Part shown: positions 61,624 through 64,000 of the stretch, in pieces
Position numbering within the stretch: the first letter of the stretch is position 1
Layout of the letters: each line of letters opens with the position of its first letter
NCBI RefSeq assembly: GCF_035084215.1
Contig: NC_090331.1
Span: 33,604,001 to 33,668,000 of the forward strand
Origin: Heptranchias perlo
Lineage: Eukaryota
DNA length: 64,000 bases
Direction of reading: 5' to 3'
The notes under the pieces: model-generated
The model's input: only the letters and a program-made list of their open reading frames with translations
The model's database searches: none
Told to the model about the DNA's origin: nothing
Program-made: the position numbers and the translations under genes

Positions 61624-63508
61624 GGGGCTGATTTTAGTATCCGTCACATCCCAGAAACATGTGCGGGCAGAGTGCAGTAGATTGCAAAAATGGGGAGAGC
61701 CTTCCTGTTGGAATTTTGTCTCTTTCGTCTATCTACAAAATGGTCCTGCTTACATGTTCACCATTCCCTCAACAAAAGCTTACAGATTTGACAATACTTC
61801 TTAACTGGAAAGCATTCCATTTCTGCTGCCTGTTGTTGTAATGTATAATACTATTACAAGAACATTTTGTGGGTACATTGGAAATATGTGCCACCAAATG
61901 TTTGTTCGCTCTTTGTGTATCTTGATACTGTTTACTACTCCATTGTTTCCTCTTTGGTGACTGCTGATGTGCTCTGTTACCTAATTTAGTTCTTCTTCTA
62001 GTGTCTGGATGCTCAGTTTCTGTCAAGGCAGTTGAGACGGTCATGGCTCTCAACCTCCGTGATCAGCAGTCTGAGATGGCCCAGCTGCATGCTGCACCAC
62101 TTTGGAAGTAGTCTGGCCCTGTGCACCTTCTGGCACATATGCAGCCATTGAACAAGGGTGGTGGAAGGATGCAGATGTGCTATTATCCAGAGAAATAGCA
62201 ACATCATTTGTGCTCATTCTACACTTGCCCTGGCCAATAAGCACCGTCTTGACTCGTTCATTGATCTGTGTGACAGCAGTCCCAATGAGAGTGGTGAGAT
62301 TACTAAATCTTCGATCAATGGCTGTCTCCATTAAGTCTCCTAGCCTGTCCAATGGGGAGACAGCAGAGCATAAGGCCTGTATGCAAAGGTATAAATATCC
62401 ATGGATGGTGTTATACGGTCTGGTGTGTAGGGCTCTGTTGTAAATGTCTTTGGAGTTGCCACATGCTCCGTGATGGACTACAAGTTTCTATCCTCTGCTT
62501 CAGAATATCACACATGCAGGTTGTGAACTGCTCCATTTGAGCTGCTTTATGGAAAGCTCCTAGACACACTCTCCAATGTGTGCAGCAATCTTTTAGGCTT
62601 AGAAAACATGCTTATAGAATCTGGGACCCTGCGGTCTTCATCCATGTTCTCTTCAGCCAGCTAGTTCCTTTTCCTTCTGTGCCACCACCGCCAGAAGAGT
62701 AGAATTATTGATACTGGCTGGAGAATGTACCGCCATAACCATGTATCAGTTTGCTGCCCATGGTTATTATGATTACAGGAACAAATATGACGCTATTACA
62801 GTAGATGGAATGAGCTGTTAGGAGAGAGAGCATTTCAGGGGGTCAGGAAACAATCTGTTAGTGCAAAAGAGAGTAGCAGTGAAGCCTTCCCTGCTGCATA
62901 ATAGCAAATCTGGGAAGCTTTCAAGCTACTGCCAGACTGTGTGGATGCCCTTCAGAGTCGAAAAATTGCATTAACATGATGTTTCCTACCTTGGCACACT
63001 TGATGAACACATTTTTTTTTCTGTCACTGTAGCCAGGAGCTCAGTACAATAATGTTAGCATTGACATGGTTCACCACCTCCTGTCAGGTATTCTGACCAA
63101 CTCACTGTGAAAGACAGCGCCATTTGCAGGGAGACGACCTCTCTCGTCTACCACACTTGTTCCAATAAAATTTCCACTACACCCTCAGAAGAACAAGGTC
63201 CCCTCATACTCGTACAACTCTTTGTTGACATAGCTGCTCACTTATAATTCTGTTTCTGCAAACTTTGGACAACAATGCCCTTTTACACATCCACAGACCT
63301 TTAAGACCTGCAACAGCACAAGACTTGCTGCCCCCAATGGACGGGTTGTTAATCCCAGGGGTGACTCATGCCTACAGCCGCCCATTCTGTGTTAATTTGG
63401 CTAAACCCGGAAACTCAACCTTTTTCAGTAATTGTTGGTGAGGGTGGGTGCTATTCATGCCATAGTTTTCTGCCACTGCTTCTAACACCTGATTCTAAAA
63501 TCATTCCC
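61624..63508 (-). mobile_element. Old Harbinger derivative retaining only the Myb/SANT gene
   Basis: TIRs GGGGCTGATTTTAG / CTAAAATCATTCCC with flanks CAT and TAT. Minus-strand exon at about 62990-63200 reads SEGVVEILLEQV..T*QEVVNHVNA..SWLQ*QKK with a GTAGG donor. Downstream ORFs lie at 61769-62352. Confidence 0.7.
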
Positions 63509-64000
63509 TATGTATGGAGGACATTTTGGTGTTCTTAAGAGTGTTGGTTAAGAATTGACAAGTAAAGAGTTTCTTTTTCAGATAAATGAATGGGAGTAAT
63601 TCTAAAAGTTAAATATGCAATAACCAAGACCCACTATAAATATGGATTGGATATATTCCAACAAGCTATTACAACAAAAATCTATTTTTTAAACTAGCAG
63701 ACAGGTGCTACATGAGCAAAATATTAATGTAGCTTTCAAACCTCAAGAACTAATAATAGCTTTTAATGAATCTAAACACAATGAACAGACTAAATAACAC
63801 AAAGAGGAAGGGGTTAAACATCACTGTAAGCTCAGGAAGTGAAATCGGAGTCAAAATTATACTTTAGACTCTCCGTTTTTATCAGGGACTGGTATGGTTA
63901 TGAAAAAAACATCATTTATATTCCACACTTTGTAACATTGCGCTGAATATCAAACATGCTGTCAGAATATTATTTGATATGCCAAGAATTAATATTGTTC

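Overview
Repeat-rich eukaryotic genomic DNA, very likely from a cartilaginous fish (shark-type CR1 tails ending (ATTCTATG)n, a Deu-domain SINE, an LF-SINE-like element and shark-type Harbinger transposons). I recognise no intact host protein-coding gene, so the window is probably intronic or intergenic, and most listed ORFs are transposon fragments or antisense shadows. The main components are: (i) about 14 PIF/Harbinger elements, from a decayed two-gene element (DDE transposase plus convergent spliced Myb/SANT gene, 12539-18180) through internally deleted derivatives to palindromic MITEs, many with readable TIRs and 3-bp TSDs; (ii) many CR1 LINE fragments, plus L2, a second CR1/L2-group LINE and an L1 ORF1 relic; (iii) ancient SINEs. 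The most striking signal is a pair of very short (126 and 217 bp) TSD-flanked Penelope-type insertions carrying a minimal type I hammerhead ribozyme, with stem I covariation between the copies; one has its empty site visible in a paralogue inside this window. All family assignments come from motif recognition by eye, not database searches. Coordinates of decayed elements are approximate.
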